Below the pieces are notes generated by a model, which was given only the letters and a program-made list of their open reading frames with translations, was not told the DNA's origin and ran no database searches. Below are positions 38,290-47,711 of a DNA stretch of 55,613 nucleotides, piece by piece. Location: NCBI GenBank assembly GCA_016208225.1, contig JACQYM010000053.1, positions 1 to 55,613 of the forward strand, given 5' to 3'. Origin of the DNA: Deltaproteobacteria bacterium (GTDB lineage: Bacteria; Desulfobacterota; Desulfobulbia; Desulfobulbales; SURF-16). A program made the position numbers and the translations under genes. How positions within the stretch are numbered: position 1 is the first letter of the stretch; each line of letters begins with the position of its first letter.

Positions 38290-39015
38290 TTACAGGAAGG
38301 CCGGCAACAAATCAGCCAGCAGATGAAAAACGGCCATGCTCTTCCTTTTAAAATCCTTGCTCTGGTAATGGGGACGCCACGACTCATGAAAAAGTTCATC
38401 GGAAACGAGCATGGCTGCGGCCAGGCTCACTCCCCGGAAGGCGGCCACGGTACAGAGAGCGGAAAACTCCATGTCAACAGCCATGATCCCCCGGCGTCCG
38501 TAGTCCCGGATTTTTTGCCTGGTTTCCCGGTAGGGGGCGTCCGTTGTCCATATCGGCCCCTGCTTGACCGCATTGCCGCATGTCGCCGGCAGGGCCAAGG
38601 CCAGCTGCCGGTGCAGGTCGGGATTGGCCTCGGGAGGCCCGGCCACGGGATAGTGGACGGAGGTCCCCTCTTCACGTAAACCCCGGGTGGGCAGAAAAAT
38701 GTCGCCGGCCCGCAAGCTTTGTACCAGGGAACCGCACCAGCCGTAAATGATAATTTTTGTGGCGCCGAGGGCGATGAGCCTTTCCAGCACCAGGACTGCC
38801 GCCGGCGCGCCGAGGGCCGGACCGGCCCAGTAGAGGGGCGGTTCGCCCGGCAGGGCAAAGAGGTTGCTGTGAAACAGGAAGCGTTTTTCGGCGCCCAGCC
38901 TTTTTGCCTCGCTGACAATGGGCGGCGCGTCACCGGGGTTGACAAAGAAAAGAACAGGACCGGCGATCGTCGGCTCACCTTTGCCGCGGCATGGGGTAAT
39001 CAGGGCATCAGGCAT
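38290..39015 (-). CDS. Nucleoside phosphorylase (PNP/UDP family 1)
   Basis: 241 aa. REEGTSVHY and VDMEFSAL motifs, typical of uridine/purine nucleoside phosphorylase-like proteins. Confidence 0.75.
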   Translation of the reverse strand: MPDALITPCRGKGEPTIAGPVLFFVNPGDAPPIVSEAKRLGAEKRFLFHSNLFALPGEPPLYWAGPALGAPAAVLVLERLIALGATKIIIYGWCGSLVQSLRAGDIFLPTRGLREEGTSVHYPVAGPPEANPDLHRQLALALPATCGNAVKQGPIWTTDAPYRETRQKIRDYGRRGIMAVDMEFSALCTVAAFRGVSLAAAMLVSDELFHESWRPHYQSKDFKRKSMAVFHLLADLLPAFL

Positions 39016-39041
39016 GGGGGAAATAACTGCTCAGGTGGATA

Positions 39042-39149
39042 GTCGGAAAATTAACCACAGAGATAACAGAGCCCACAGAGATAACGAATTGCAATTACAA
39101 ACGTTTTCTGTGCGGTGCGCGCCGCGGTAAAAATAGACTTTACGAATTC
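39042..39149. repeat. A-family palindromic element
   Basis: aaccacagagataacagagcccacagagataac...ttttctgtgcggtgcgcgccgcggtaaaaatagactttacgaattc. Confidence 0.7.
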
Positions 39150-39152
39150 ATC

Positions 39153-39184
39153 AAATAAAAAAGGCCGCAGTAACCTGCGGCCTT
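39153..39184 (-). terminator. Rho-independent terminator of atpE
   Basis: The 9-bp GC stem aggccgcag/ctgcggcct has a 4-nt loop. On the minus strand it is followed by TTTTTTATTT. It lies 35 nt downstream of the atpE stop. Confidence 0.7.
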
Positions 39185-39218
39185 CATACATCATACCTAC
39201 AAACAGCTGTGGCGGAAA

Positions 39219-39584
<366 letters not shown>

Positions 39585-39640
39585 TTACGAACGTGTTATT
39601 TTTGGCCTTCTTTCTTATGTAATACAAACTTTCAATTCAA

Positions 39641-40363
39641 TTAATGAGCATGCTCCATGGCGCCTGTGCAGTAGAGAACGGACAGCAGCACGAAGACCAT
39701 GGTCTGCACCACGGAGACGAGGACGCCGAGGCAGAGAATCGGCAGCGGGCCGAAAAAGGCGCCATACAGCATGAAGAGAATGGCAAGCAGGGTCTCTTTG
39801 GCCATGATGTTACCGAAAAGCCTGATGGACAGGGACAGAATACGGGCAAGGTTACTGATAATCTCGATGGGCAGCATCAGGGGGATCAGCCACCACATGG
39901 GACCGGTGAAGTGATTGATGTATTTGACCCCGTGATACTTGAGACCGAGGAAATGATGGGTTACCCAGACGATCAGGGTCATGCCCAGGGTGATATTCAG
40001 GTACGAGGTGGGCGACATGAAGCCGGGCATGAGACCCATCAGATTTGCCACCAGGATATAAAAGGCAAAAGTGGCGATCATCGGAAACATCATGGCGGCC
40101 CGCTCGGCGCCCATCTGGTCGGCCATGTAATCTTCCAGGCCGCCGACGCAGACTTCCCAGAAATTCTGTTTGCCGTCAGGCACCAGTTCCAGTTTTCCCA
40201 GGGTGATCTTGGGCATGATGATCAAAATGGCCATTACCAGCCAGGTGTAGGTCAGATGCGGGGACACGAGTTTGGCGAGCAGCGTCTCGCCGACCAGTGT
40301 ATGGGGAACTGGGAGCCCCAGCACCTGCAGAATCACTGAAATAAACAGTATTGGATGTTCCAT
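39641..40363 (-). CDS. atpB: ATP synthase F0 subunit a
   Basis: 240 aa. Essential Arg in LSIRLFGN. Confidence 0.9.
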   Translation of the reverse strand: MEHPILFISVILQVLGLPVPHTLVGETLLAKLVSPHLTYTWLVMAILIIMPKITLGKLELVPDGKQNFWEVCVGGLEDYMADQMGAERAAMMFPMIATFAFYILVANLMGLMPGFMSPTSYLNITLGMTLIVWVTHHFLGLKYHGVKYINHFTGPMWWLIPLMLPIEIISNLARILSLSIRLFGNIMAKETLLAILFMLYGAFFGPLPILCLGVLVSVVQTMVFVLLSVLYCTGAMEHAH

Positions 40364-40372
40364 GATTTTCTC

Positions 40373-40798
40373 CTACGCCTCTTTGGCAGTAAAATAAAAC
40401 TTTTTAACTACGCTTGCCATGGTGATGCCGATGCTGATAACCACTACAGACAAGCCCATTAATAACCCTAATGGGTGAACGATATGTCTGCTCACCAGAA
40501 TATACAGCACACATGCCAGTGCGATAAGCCTGGCATAATACTTGAAATAAAACCTGTACTTGGCAGTTTTTATCCTGCCGCTGTGCAGCAGCCGGCCCTG
40601 CAGAAAATCGTGCAGGTCCTTTTTCAGAAAAATATAGCTGACATTGGCCAGCAGTCCGCCGACGCAGACGCTTTTTGCTATGAGCAATGGGAAGTAGAAC
40701 CAGGCGAAGACCGAAAAAATTCCCGCCACAACCCAGTTGAGCCAGTCCACCCGTTGCATCAGAAATCTGTTCTGTTCCGTCGCGGCAACGCCTTTCAT
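40373..40798 (-). CDS. atpI: ATP synthase protein I (AtpI-like membrane protein)
   Basis: 141 aa, four predicted hydrophobic segments, located directly upstream of atpB. Its ATG overlaps the atpZ stop (TAATG). Confidence 0.6.
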   Translation of the reverse strand: MKGVAATEQNRFLMQRVDWLNWVVAGIFSVFAWFYFPLLIAKSVCVGGLLANVSYIFLKKDLHDFLQGRLLHSGRIKTAKYRFYFKYYARLIALACVLYILVSRHIVHPLGLLMGLSVVVISIGITMASVVKKFYFTAKEA

Positions 40799-41022
40799 TA
40801 CAGATCCTTGCGTTTTGATATCTGAAAAAGATTCTTAAATCCCGCCACGATACCGAAAGCTAAAAAAATCAAGGTCAGCCATGGGGTCGTCCGGTCGTTG
40901 AAAACCTTGTGGTCCAGATAATACCCAATGCCTAACCCAATGAAAATGCTGGCACACATGTGAAGGCCGATGGTGCCGAAAACACTCATCAGCTTCATCC
41001 ACTCCTTGCGGTTTCCGGCCAT
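40798..41022 (-). CDS. atpZ: AtpZ/AtpI-family small membrane protein
   Basis: 74 aa from the ATG at 41022 (MAGNRKEWMKL...). Two hydrophobic helices. First gene of the F0 cluster. Confidence 0.6.
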   Translation of the reverse strand: MAGNRKEWMKLMSVFGTIGLHMCASIFIGLGIGYYLDHKVFNDRTTPWLTLIFLAFGIVAGFKNLFQISKRKDL

Positions 41023-41101
41023 GTCAATCCACCTGATAAGACCAAGGCCAGCTCGAATTTGCAATTATCACGCTTTGTGGCCAAAGTCAACGAATTTCAA
41101 A

Positions 41102-42397
41102 TTAATTTTGTAATTTTTTGAATGACCGTTCAGTCATTTCCAGAGTACGCGCCAGATCTTCGTCGCTGTGGGCGCTGGAGAGAAACATCGCCTCAAACTG
41201 GGAAGGGGCGAGGTAGATGCCCAGATCCAGCATGGACCGGTAAAATTTACCGTAGAGGTTTGCGTCCGCCTTCATGGCGGAGTCAAAGTCGGTGATCGGT
41301 CCCGGCCCGAAAAACAGGGTCATGACCGACCCCTGCCTGTTGAGTGTCGCCTCACCCAGATATTTGTCCGCCAGCTGCTGCAGCCCGGCGGCAAATGCCG
41401 TGGCTTTGGTCTCCAGCTTCTCATAGAAACCGGGCGCCTGCAGGGCTTTGAGCGTTGCGGCCCCGGCCGCCATGGCCAGCGGGTTGCCTGACAATGTCCC
41501 GGCCTGATACACCGGACCCACCGGGGAAATGAGCGACATGATTTCCCTTTTGCCGCCGTAGGCGCCGACCGGCAGGCCGCCGCCGATGATTTTGCCGAGG
41601 CAGGTCAGGTCCGGCATGATGCCGAATTTCTGCTGGGCTCCGCCATAGCTGACCCGAAAACCGGTGATCACCTCGTCGAAGATGAGCACAATACCCAGTT
41701 CACTGGTCAGAGCGCGCAGTTTCGCAAGAAATCCCTGGGCAGGCGGCACCACGCCCATATTACCGGCCACCGGCTCGACAATCACGCAGGCGATATCAAG
41801 GGAGGCGTCGCGCAGGGTTTTTTCCAGGATCTCCTCATTATTATAGGGGATGGAGACGGTGTTCCTGACGATATCCTCGGGCACCCCGGGGCTACCCGGA
41901 ATGCCCAGGGTGATCACCCCGGAACCGGCTTTCACCAGGAAGGAATCGGCATGGCCGTGATAACAGCCGTCGAATTTGACGATCACCTTTCTGCCGGTAT
42001 AGCCCCTGGCCAGGCGCACGGCGCTCATGGTGGCCTCGGTGCCGGAACTGACAAAGCGGACCATGTCCACGGAGGGCAGGGCGCCGGTGACCAGTTCCGC
42101 CAGCTCCACCTCCTGCGGGCACGGGGCGCCGAAACTGGTGCCGTCGGCCATGGTCTGCCGGATCGCCTCCATGATGGCCGGATAATTATGGCCAAGGATC
42201 ATGGGGCCCCAGGAACAGACAAAGTCGATATATTCATTGCCGTCTACGTCATAAATTTTCGACCCGCTGGCGCGCCGGATGAAGCGGGGATCACAGCCCA
42301 CGGATTTACAGGCCCGCACGGGGCTGTTCACCCCGCCCGGGATAAGGCGCTGGGCTTCTGCAAACAAAGCTTGCGATGTCGTTGTTTTCATGGGCAC
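41102..42397 (-). CDS. hemL: Glutamate-1-semialdehyde 2,1-aminomutase
   Basis: 431 aa. Class III aminotransferase motifs ([17 protein letters not shown]). Confidence 0.95.
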   Translation of the reverse strand: MPMKTTTSQALFAEAQRLIPGGVNSPVRACKSVGCDPRFIRRASGSKIYDVDGNEYIDFVCSWGPMILGHNYPAIMEAIRQTMADGTSFGAPCPQEVELAELVTGALPSVDMVRFVSSGTEATMSAVRLARGYTGRKVIVKFDGCYHGHADSFLVKAGSGVITLGIPGSPGVPEDIVRNTVSIPYNNEEILEKTLRDASLDIACVIVEPVAGNMGVVPPAQGFLAKLRALTSELGIVLIFDEVITGFRVSYGGAQQKFGIMPDLTCLGKIIGGGLPVGAYGGKREIMSLISPVGPVYQAGTLSGNPLAMAAGAATLKALQAPGFYEKLETKATAFAAGLQQLADKYLGEATLNRQGSVMTLFFGPGPITDFDSAMKADANLYGKFYRSMLDLGIYLAPSQFEAMFLSSAHSDEDLARTLEMTERSFKKLQN

Positions 42398-42440
42398 TCC
42401 TTTGTGGAAATTTTGCCGAAATGATTATCCCGCAAAGCTG

Positions 42441-42541
42441 GAAAGTTGCCACCAAGCACACAGAGAAAATCAATTTAATAACAAATAGTTATCTGTGATC
42501 CTGGCGTGTTCTGCGGTGAAAAATAGACCGATCAGGAATTC
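42441..42541. repeat. A-family palindromic element
   Basis: caccaagcacacagagaaaat...agttatctgtgatcctggcgtgttctgcggtgaaaaatagaccgatcaggaattc. Confidence 0.65.
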
Positions 42542-42648
42542 ATCAATCAATAGCTCTTTCGCATCAAGAAACATGCAAAGAAACACTATATATAGCATGC
42601 TGGAGCCTGGCATGTCAAAGTGTTAAAAATGTTAATTTTTCACAATAC

Positions 42649-42678
42649 TTGACAGAGTTTCAAGTTGGCAGATATAGT
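42649..42678 (+). promoter_or_regulatory. Sigma-70-type promoter TTGACA-N18-TATAGT, immediately upstream of the TatT gene
   Basis: Hexamers read directly. The -10 ends 8 nt before the ATG at 42687, implying a leaderless or near-leaderless mRNA. Confidence 0.4.
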
Positions 42679-42686
42679 AGGCTGTC

Positions 42687-43541
42687 ATGGAGAAATGCAA
42701 ACTTTTCGTCATAATCGGCGCGGTCATGTTCCTGCTTGCCGGCTGCGCCTCTTTTGTCGTCAGCACGGTGGTTGAGCCGGCGGTGGAAAATCTGCAGAAA
42801 CAGACCGATCTGGAGCTGGTGTGCGAGGGCGCCCCGGCCTTTCTGCTGATGATCGACAGCCTGCTGGCCGACAACCCGGCCAGCAATTCCCTGCGGCTGA
42901 CGGCAACCCGGTCCTACAGCTGCTATTCTACAGCGCTGGCCGCCTGCGGCGGGAAGGAGCGCGCCGCATCCCTCAGCGCCAAGGCAAAAAACCATGGCCT
43001 GACCCTGCTTGCCGATCGCCTTGGTCTTTCCGCCACCAAGATCTCTGCACCGGAAGATCTGCGCCGCGCCCTGGCCTCGTGCGCCAGACGCGATGTGCCG
43101 AATCTCTTCTGGGGCGGGTACGGCTGGGCCCTCTGGCTGCAATATCAGGGAGGGGCCCCGGCGTCCCTTGCCGATCTGATCAAAGTTGAACAGATCATGC
43201 TGCGGGTTGTGGAGCTTGATGAAGGCTACTATCATGGGGCGGCCCATATTTTCCTCGGCTCCTATTACGGGTCACGGTCGGAGATGCTGGGCGGCAGGCC
43301 GGCGGCGGCCCGCGCCCATTTTGACCGGGCCCTGGCCCTCGGCAACCGCCATTTCCTGCCGGCCCAGGTGGCCCTGGCCGATACCTATGCCAGGACAATG
43401 TTTGACCGGGAGCTTTTTGAGCAGCTGCTGCAGGAGGTTATTGACTTCCCCCTGGAAACGGAACCGGACTTTGCCCTGGTCAACCAGGTGGCAAAGAAAA
43501 GGGCCAAAGAGCTGCTGGCAGACGCTGATCGTTATTTTTGA
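42687..43541 (+). CDS. TRAP transporter TatT-component-like lipoprotein (TPR-type)
   Basis: 284 aa. Canonical lipobox FLLAGC. Helical-repeat sequence. Directly precedes dctPQM. Confidence 0.6.
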   Translation: MEKCKLFVIIGAVMFLLAGCASFVVSTVVEPAVENLQKQTDLELVCEGAPAFLLMIDSLLADNPASNSLRLTATRSYSCYSTALAACGGKERAASLSAKAKNHGLTLLADRLGLSATKISAPEDLRRALASCARRDVPNLFWGGYGWALWLQYQGGAPASLADLIKVEQIMLRVVELDEGYYHGAAHIFLGSYYGSRSEMLGGRPAAARAHFDRALALGNRHFLPAQVALADTYARTMFDRELFEQLLQEVIDFPLETEPDFALVNQVAKKRAKELLADADRYF

Positions 43542-43619
43542 CGGCATTGCCCGCAGGTCCGCGCAGCGTCAGCTGCGGCACAAAACAATATCCGTTGACC
43601 GCCCCGCAAGGAGATTTTC

Positions 43620-44636
43620 ATGTCTCATCTACTCAAGCTCATGCAGGTTCTGATACTGTCCGTTGCGCTGCTGGGCGTCGCGGCGTCCGGCATGGCCGGC
43701 CAGCAATATCTGTTCAAGGTGGCATCACTTGCCCCGGAAGGAAGCGTCTGGATCAAGCGGTTCCGGGAATTCGCCCAGGAGGTGCAGGAGAAGACGAACG
43801 GCGAGGTGGAATTCAAGATTTATGCGGGCGGCGTCATGGGTGATGACCTGGCCATGTACCGCAAGATGAAGGTCGGCCAGCTCAACGGCGGCGGATTTAC
43901 CATGACCGGCATCGGTTCCGTTGCCCCTGATTTCCGCGTCCTGGGTATTCCCTTTCTGCTCCGTTCCTACGAAGAGGTGGACCTGCTCAAAAAAGGGCTG
44001 CTCCCCCATTTCACCAGGGACTTTGCCGACAGCGGGATGGAGCTGATTGCCCTGACCGAGGTGGGCTTCATCTACACCATGTCCACCATGCCGATCTCCA
44101 CGGTGGAGGAGCTGAAAAAGGGCGCCTGCTGGGTGCCGGACAATGATCCGCTCAGCGCCGGATTTCTGGAGACCCTCGGCATGTCACCCACACCGCTCAC
44201 CATCCCCGATGTGCTCACCTCCCTGCAGACCGGCCTGGTCAACACGGTTTTCAATTCCTTTTACGGCTCCATCGTCCTGCAATGGTTCACCAAGGCCAGA
44301 TATATCACCGACATGCCTTTCGGCTATGCCTACGGGGCGTTTCTGCTGGATCGCAAACAGTTCGCCCGCCTGCCGCCGGCATACGGCGAGCTCATCAAAA
44401 GCACGGCTGACAAACATTTCGGCCTGCTGCTGGCCGATACCCGGCAGAGCAATGAGGAGGCCAGGGCCGTACTGCAGGAAAACGGCGTCACGCTGGTGAA
44501 GACCGACCCGAACGCCCTGGCCGAACTGGAGGCGACCAGGGACAGGACGGTCATGAAATTCAAGGGCAAGGCCTTTTCCGAAGAGATTTACGAGGAGACC
44601 ATGCGCCTTCTTGACCAGTTCCGGAAACAAAAATGA
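43620..44636 (+). CDS. TRAP transporter substrate-binding protein (DctP family)
   Basis: 338 aa. Signal peptide plus DctP-type sequence. Confidence 0.85.
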   Translation: MSHLLKLMQVLILSVALLGVAASGMAGQQYLFKVASLAPEGSVWIKRFREFAQEVQEKTNGEVEFKIYAGGVMGDDLAMYRKMKVGQLNGGGFTMTGIGSVAPDFRVLGIPFLLRSYEEVDLLKKGLLPHFTRDFADSGMELIALTEVGFIYTMSTMPISTVEELKKGACWVPDNDPLSAGFLETLGMSPTPLTIPDVLTSLQTGLVNTVFNSFYGSIVLQWFTKARYITDMPFGYAYGAFLLDRKQFARLPPAYGELIKSTADKHFGLLLADTRQSNEEARAVLQENGVTLVKTDPNALAELEATRDRTVMKFKGKAFSEEIYEETMRLLDQFRKQK

Positions 44637-44649
44637 TCGCGGCTGCCCC

Positions 44650-45165
44650 ATGATGAGCTGCAGCGGCTGCTTTGCCCGGTTGCGTACCTTGTTCCAGCGT
44701 CTTGAAGAGGGCTTTCTCTGCCTGCTGCTGGTGGCCATGATCTTACTTGCCTGCCTGCAGATCGCCTTGCGCACCCTCTTTTCCGAAGGCCTGCTGTGGG
44801 CCGATCCCCTGCTCCGGTATATGGTGGTCTGGTCCGGCATGTTCGGTGCCGCCGTGGCCACGAAAAAGAGCAAGCATATCGCCCTGGATGTCGCCTCCTA
44901 TCTGGTGCCGGCCCACCTGCAATCCTGGCTGCAGCTCCTGATCCATCTCTTCTCAACCCTGGTGAGCGCGGCCCTTACCTGGGCGGCCCTCCTCTTTGTC
45001 CGCAACGAGGCGGAATTCGGCGGCACCACCCTGCTTGCCCTGCCGTCCTGGATATGGAATCTGGTCTTCCCGCTGGCCTTCGCCCTGATCACCTGCCGTT
45101 TTTTTGCCGCCGGCCTGGCCGATATCAGGGCCATCGCCGCCAGGGCCTTCACCGTGAAACCCTGA
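44650..45165 (+). CDS. TRAP transporter small permease (DctQ family)
   Basis: Four hydrophobic helices. ATG at 44650 preferred, because the longer ORF overlaps dctP. Confidence 0.75.
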   Translation: MMSCSGCFARLRTLFQRLEEGFLCLLLVAMILLACLQIALRTLFSEGLLWADPLLRYMVVWSGMFGAAVATKKSKHIALDVASYLVPAHLQSWLQLLIHLFSTLVSAALTWAALLFVRNEAEFGGTTLLALPSWIWNLVFPLAFALITCRFFAAGLADIRAIAARAFTVKP

Positions 45166-45177
45166 CAGGCGGTCAAC

Positions 45178-46443
45178 GTGACTCTTCTCCGTTCTTTCAC
45201 CCTGCTCATGGCGCTGCTGGGCACCCCGCTGTTTATCATTATCGCGGCCCTGGCCCTGCTCTCCTTTCACAGTGTGGGCATCGATATTTCGGTGGTGGTG
45301 ATCGAAATGTCCCGGCTGGCCGATACGCCGCTGCTCGTCTCCCTGCCGCTCTTTATCTTTGCCGGCACCCTGCTGTCGGAAAGCGGCACCCCCCGGCGGA
45401 TGCTCAATCTCTCCCGGCTGCTGCTCGGCTGGATGCCGGGCGGGCTGGCGGTGGTGGCCCTGGTGGTCTGCGCCGTTTTCACCGCTTTCACCGGCGCCTC
45501 CGGGGTGACGATCTTCGCCCTGGGCGGCCTGCTCTACCCGGCCCTGATCAAGGACCGGTATACCGAAAACTTTTCCCTGGGCCTCATCACCTCCTCCGGC
45601 AGCCTCGGCCTGCTCTTTCCGACCAGCCTGCCGCTGATCCTCTACGGCGTGATCGCCGAGGCGCGCATTGATCAGCTCTTTCTCGCCGGCATCGTGCCGG
45701 GACTGTTGATGCTGGTGCTGCTCATCGGCTACAGCATGAAAAAAAGTCCGCGGGTACGCAGACGCGGGAGCGGCCCTTCCCGGGCCGAGATCGCGGCCGG
45801 GTTAAAGGAAGCGGCCTGGGAACTGCCCCTGCCGGTGATCATATTAGGGGGGATTTACGGCGGTATCTTTGTGGCGGGCGAGGCCGCGGCGGTAACGGCC
45901 CTCTATGTGCTGGCGGTGGAGGTCTTCATCTATCGCGACATCGCGCTTTCCCGGCTGCCGGCCATCATGGTGCGGAGCATGATGTTCTTCGGCGGCATCC
46001 TGGTCATCCTCGCCACCTCCATGGCCTCCACCAACTTCCTGGTGGACCGGGAAGTGCCCATGCGGCTTTTTGAGATCATCCAGCACTATATCAGCAGCAA
46101 ATACACCTTCCTGCTGCTGCTGAACATTTTTCTGCTGATTGTCGGCTGCATGCTGGATATCTTCTCGGCCCTGGTGCTGGTGGTGCCGCTGATCGTGCCC
46201 ATCGCCCAGGGCTATGGGGTGGATCTGATCCATCTGGGCATCATCTTTCTGACCAACCTGCAGATCGGCTACTGCACCCCGCCGGTGGGACTCAATCTGT
46301 TTCTGGCCAGCTATTGCTTTGAAAAACCGGTGGTGAAGCTTTACTCGGCGACGCTGCCGTTCCTCGTTCTGCAGATGGCGGCCCTCGTCCTGATCACCTA
46401 TTTCCCCCTGCTAAGCCTGTTTCTTGTGCACCTGTGGGGGTGA
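45178..46443 (+). CDS. TRAP transporter large permease (DctM family)
   Basis: 421 aa polytopic protein. GTG start. Confidence 0.9.
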   Translation: MTLLRSFTLLMALLGTPLFIIIAALALLSFHSVGIDISVVVIEMSRLADTPLLVSLPLFIFAGTLLSESGTPRRMLNLSRLLLGWMPGGLAVVALVVCAVFTAFTGASGVTIFALGGLLYPALIKDRYTENFSLGLITSSGSLGLLFPTSLPLILYGVIAEARIDQLFLAGIVPGLLMLVLLIGYSMKKSPRVRRRGSGPSRAEIAAGLKEAAWELPLPVIILGGIYGGIFVAGEAAAVTALYVLAVEVFIYRDIALSRLPAIMVRSMMFFGGILVILATSMASTNFLVDREVPMRLFEIIQHYISSKYTFLLLLNIFLLIVGCMLDIFSALVLVVPLIVPIAQGYGVDLIHLGIIFLTNLQIGYCTPPVGLNLFLASYCFEKPVVKLYSATLPFLVLQMAALVLITYFPLLSLFLVHLWG

Positions 46444-47418
46444 GCTTCTGCCGCTCAGCAGATGGATGAACGAGATGAACTTTTCCTGCTCGAAATGGCC
46501 GACCATCTCCTCCTTCATGGTCAGCATCGCCTTGAAGGGGTCCCTGGCTTCGGCATAGGCCCTTTTGGTGGTCAGCGCATCATAGACGTCGGCAATGGCG
46601 GCCATCCTGGCGATGTCTGAGATCCTGTCGCCTTTCAACCCCTCGGGATAGCCTTTGCCGTCATGTTTCTCATGGTGATGGAGGATAACGTCAAGGGAGA
46701 TGTCCGAAACCCCGTCCGCCATCAGTTCATAGCCATATTGCGGATGCTTTTTCATGACGGCAAACTCGTCGCCGGTCAATTTGCCCGGTTTATTGAGGAT
46801 GGCATCATCAATCCTGCTTTTGCCGATATCGTGCAGAATGCACCCCAGGGCAAACTGCTGGAGGGAATCCTGCCGGTGCGGATAGATGGCCTGCCAGAGG
46901 CCGATACTGAAAACCGCCACATTGAGACAGTGGGTAAAGGTGTAATAATCGTGGGAACTCAGCTTGAGCAGACTGGGAATGGACGCCGGATCGGTCAGGG
47001 CGAATTGAATGATATTGCTGGTCATGTGCTGCGCCCTGGTCAGATTTTCACCGCTTCTGGGATCGGCAAAGAAATCTTGCATGACATTGGCGGCGCAGTT
47101 GTAAATAATTTTTGCTTTTTCAGCGAGGGGCATCTGTTGATCATCAATGGTCATGCCGATAAAGTTTTCTATGAGATGATGGAAATTCTTCTGGTCCGCT
47201 TTTTTGATGTAAAAATCTTCAAACCCGCTGTCTGCAATGATATTTCTGATGTTTGACAACATACAGTTGCGCCGCACCAGCAGTACCGGTTCCCCGGTGT
47301 GGTGCGTGCCGCGCGGTACGGTGAAAAGATCAAAGGTAATCTCCCCGTACAGTTTCAGCAGGCAATGCCTGCTGACCTGAATATAATTGTCCAAGCCGGG
47401 CGGCTTTGTCGGGCTCAT
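46411..47418 (-). CDS. HD-GYP domain c-di-GMP phosphodiesterase
   Basis: HD (LHDIGK) and HHHEKHDGKGYP motifs. ATG at 47418 has GGAGAAG upstream. Its 3-prime end overlaps the dctM end by 33 nt (convergent). Confidence 0.85.
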   Translation of the reverse strand: MSPTKPPGLDNYIQVSRHCLLKLYGEITFDLFTVPRGTHHTGEPVLLVRRNCMLSNIRNIIADSGFEDFYIKKADQKNFHHLIENFIGMTIDDQQMPLAEKAKIIYNCAANVMQDFFADPRSGENLTRAQHMTSNIIQFALTDPASIPSLLKLSSHDYYTFTHCLNVAVFSIGLWQAIYPHRQDSLQQFALGCILHDIGKSRIDDAILNKPGKLTGDEFAVMKKHPQYGYELMADGVSDISLDVILHHHEKHDGKGYPEGLKGDRISDIARMAAIADVYDALTTKRAYAEARDPFKAMLTMKEEMVGHFEQEKFISFIHLLSGRSSPPQVHKKQA

Positions 47419-47644
47419 ATCTTCTCCACCGCAAAGGTTCAGGCGGGGCATCCGCGGGTACCGGTCTGGCCGGTTATTGCTGCGGCTTTCTTAAGGGTGC
47501 TGCCCTCTATTATAATAGTCTGAAAACAAGATTGAAAACCATAACTTTTCATAAAAAATATGCCGCCTGCTGCCAGGGGCAGGAATTTCCATATAAATTC
47601 CGCGGAAAAGTTCCGCGCCGGTCATACGCTTTGCAGGAACGGGC

Positions 47645-47674
47645 TTGACCTTCTTTCCTCTCCCGGCCTATAAT
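47645..47674 (+). promoter_or_regulatory. Sigma-70-type promoter TTGACC-N18-TATAAT for the EAL-HDOD gene
   Basis: Near-consensus hexamers read directly. Followed by the SD GAGGA (47699-47703) and the ATG at 47712. Confidence 0.5.
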
Positions 47675-47711
47675 GTTACAATGATTGATATTTTTAATGA
47701 GGAATTTGCGC

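Noticed and set aside
42601-42625. A sigma-54-like TGGCAT upstream of the TRAP operon.
   Set aside because: The -12 element is absent: TGGCAT-N5 is followed by AGTG rather than TTGC(A/T).
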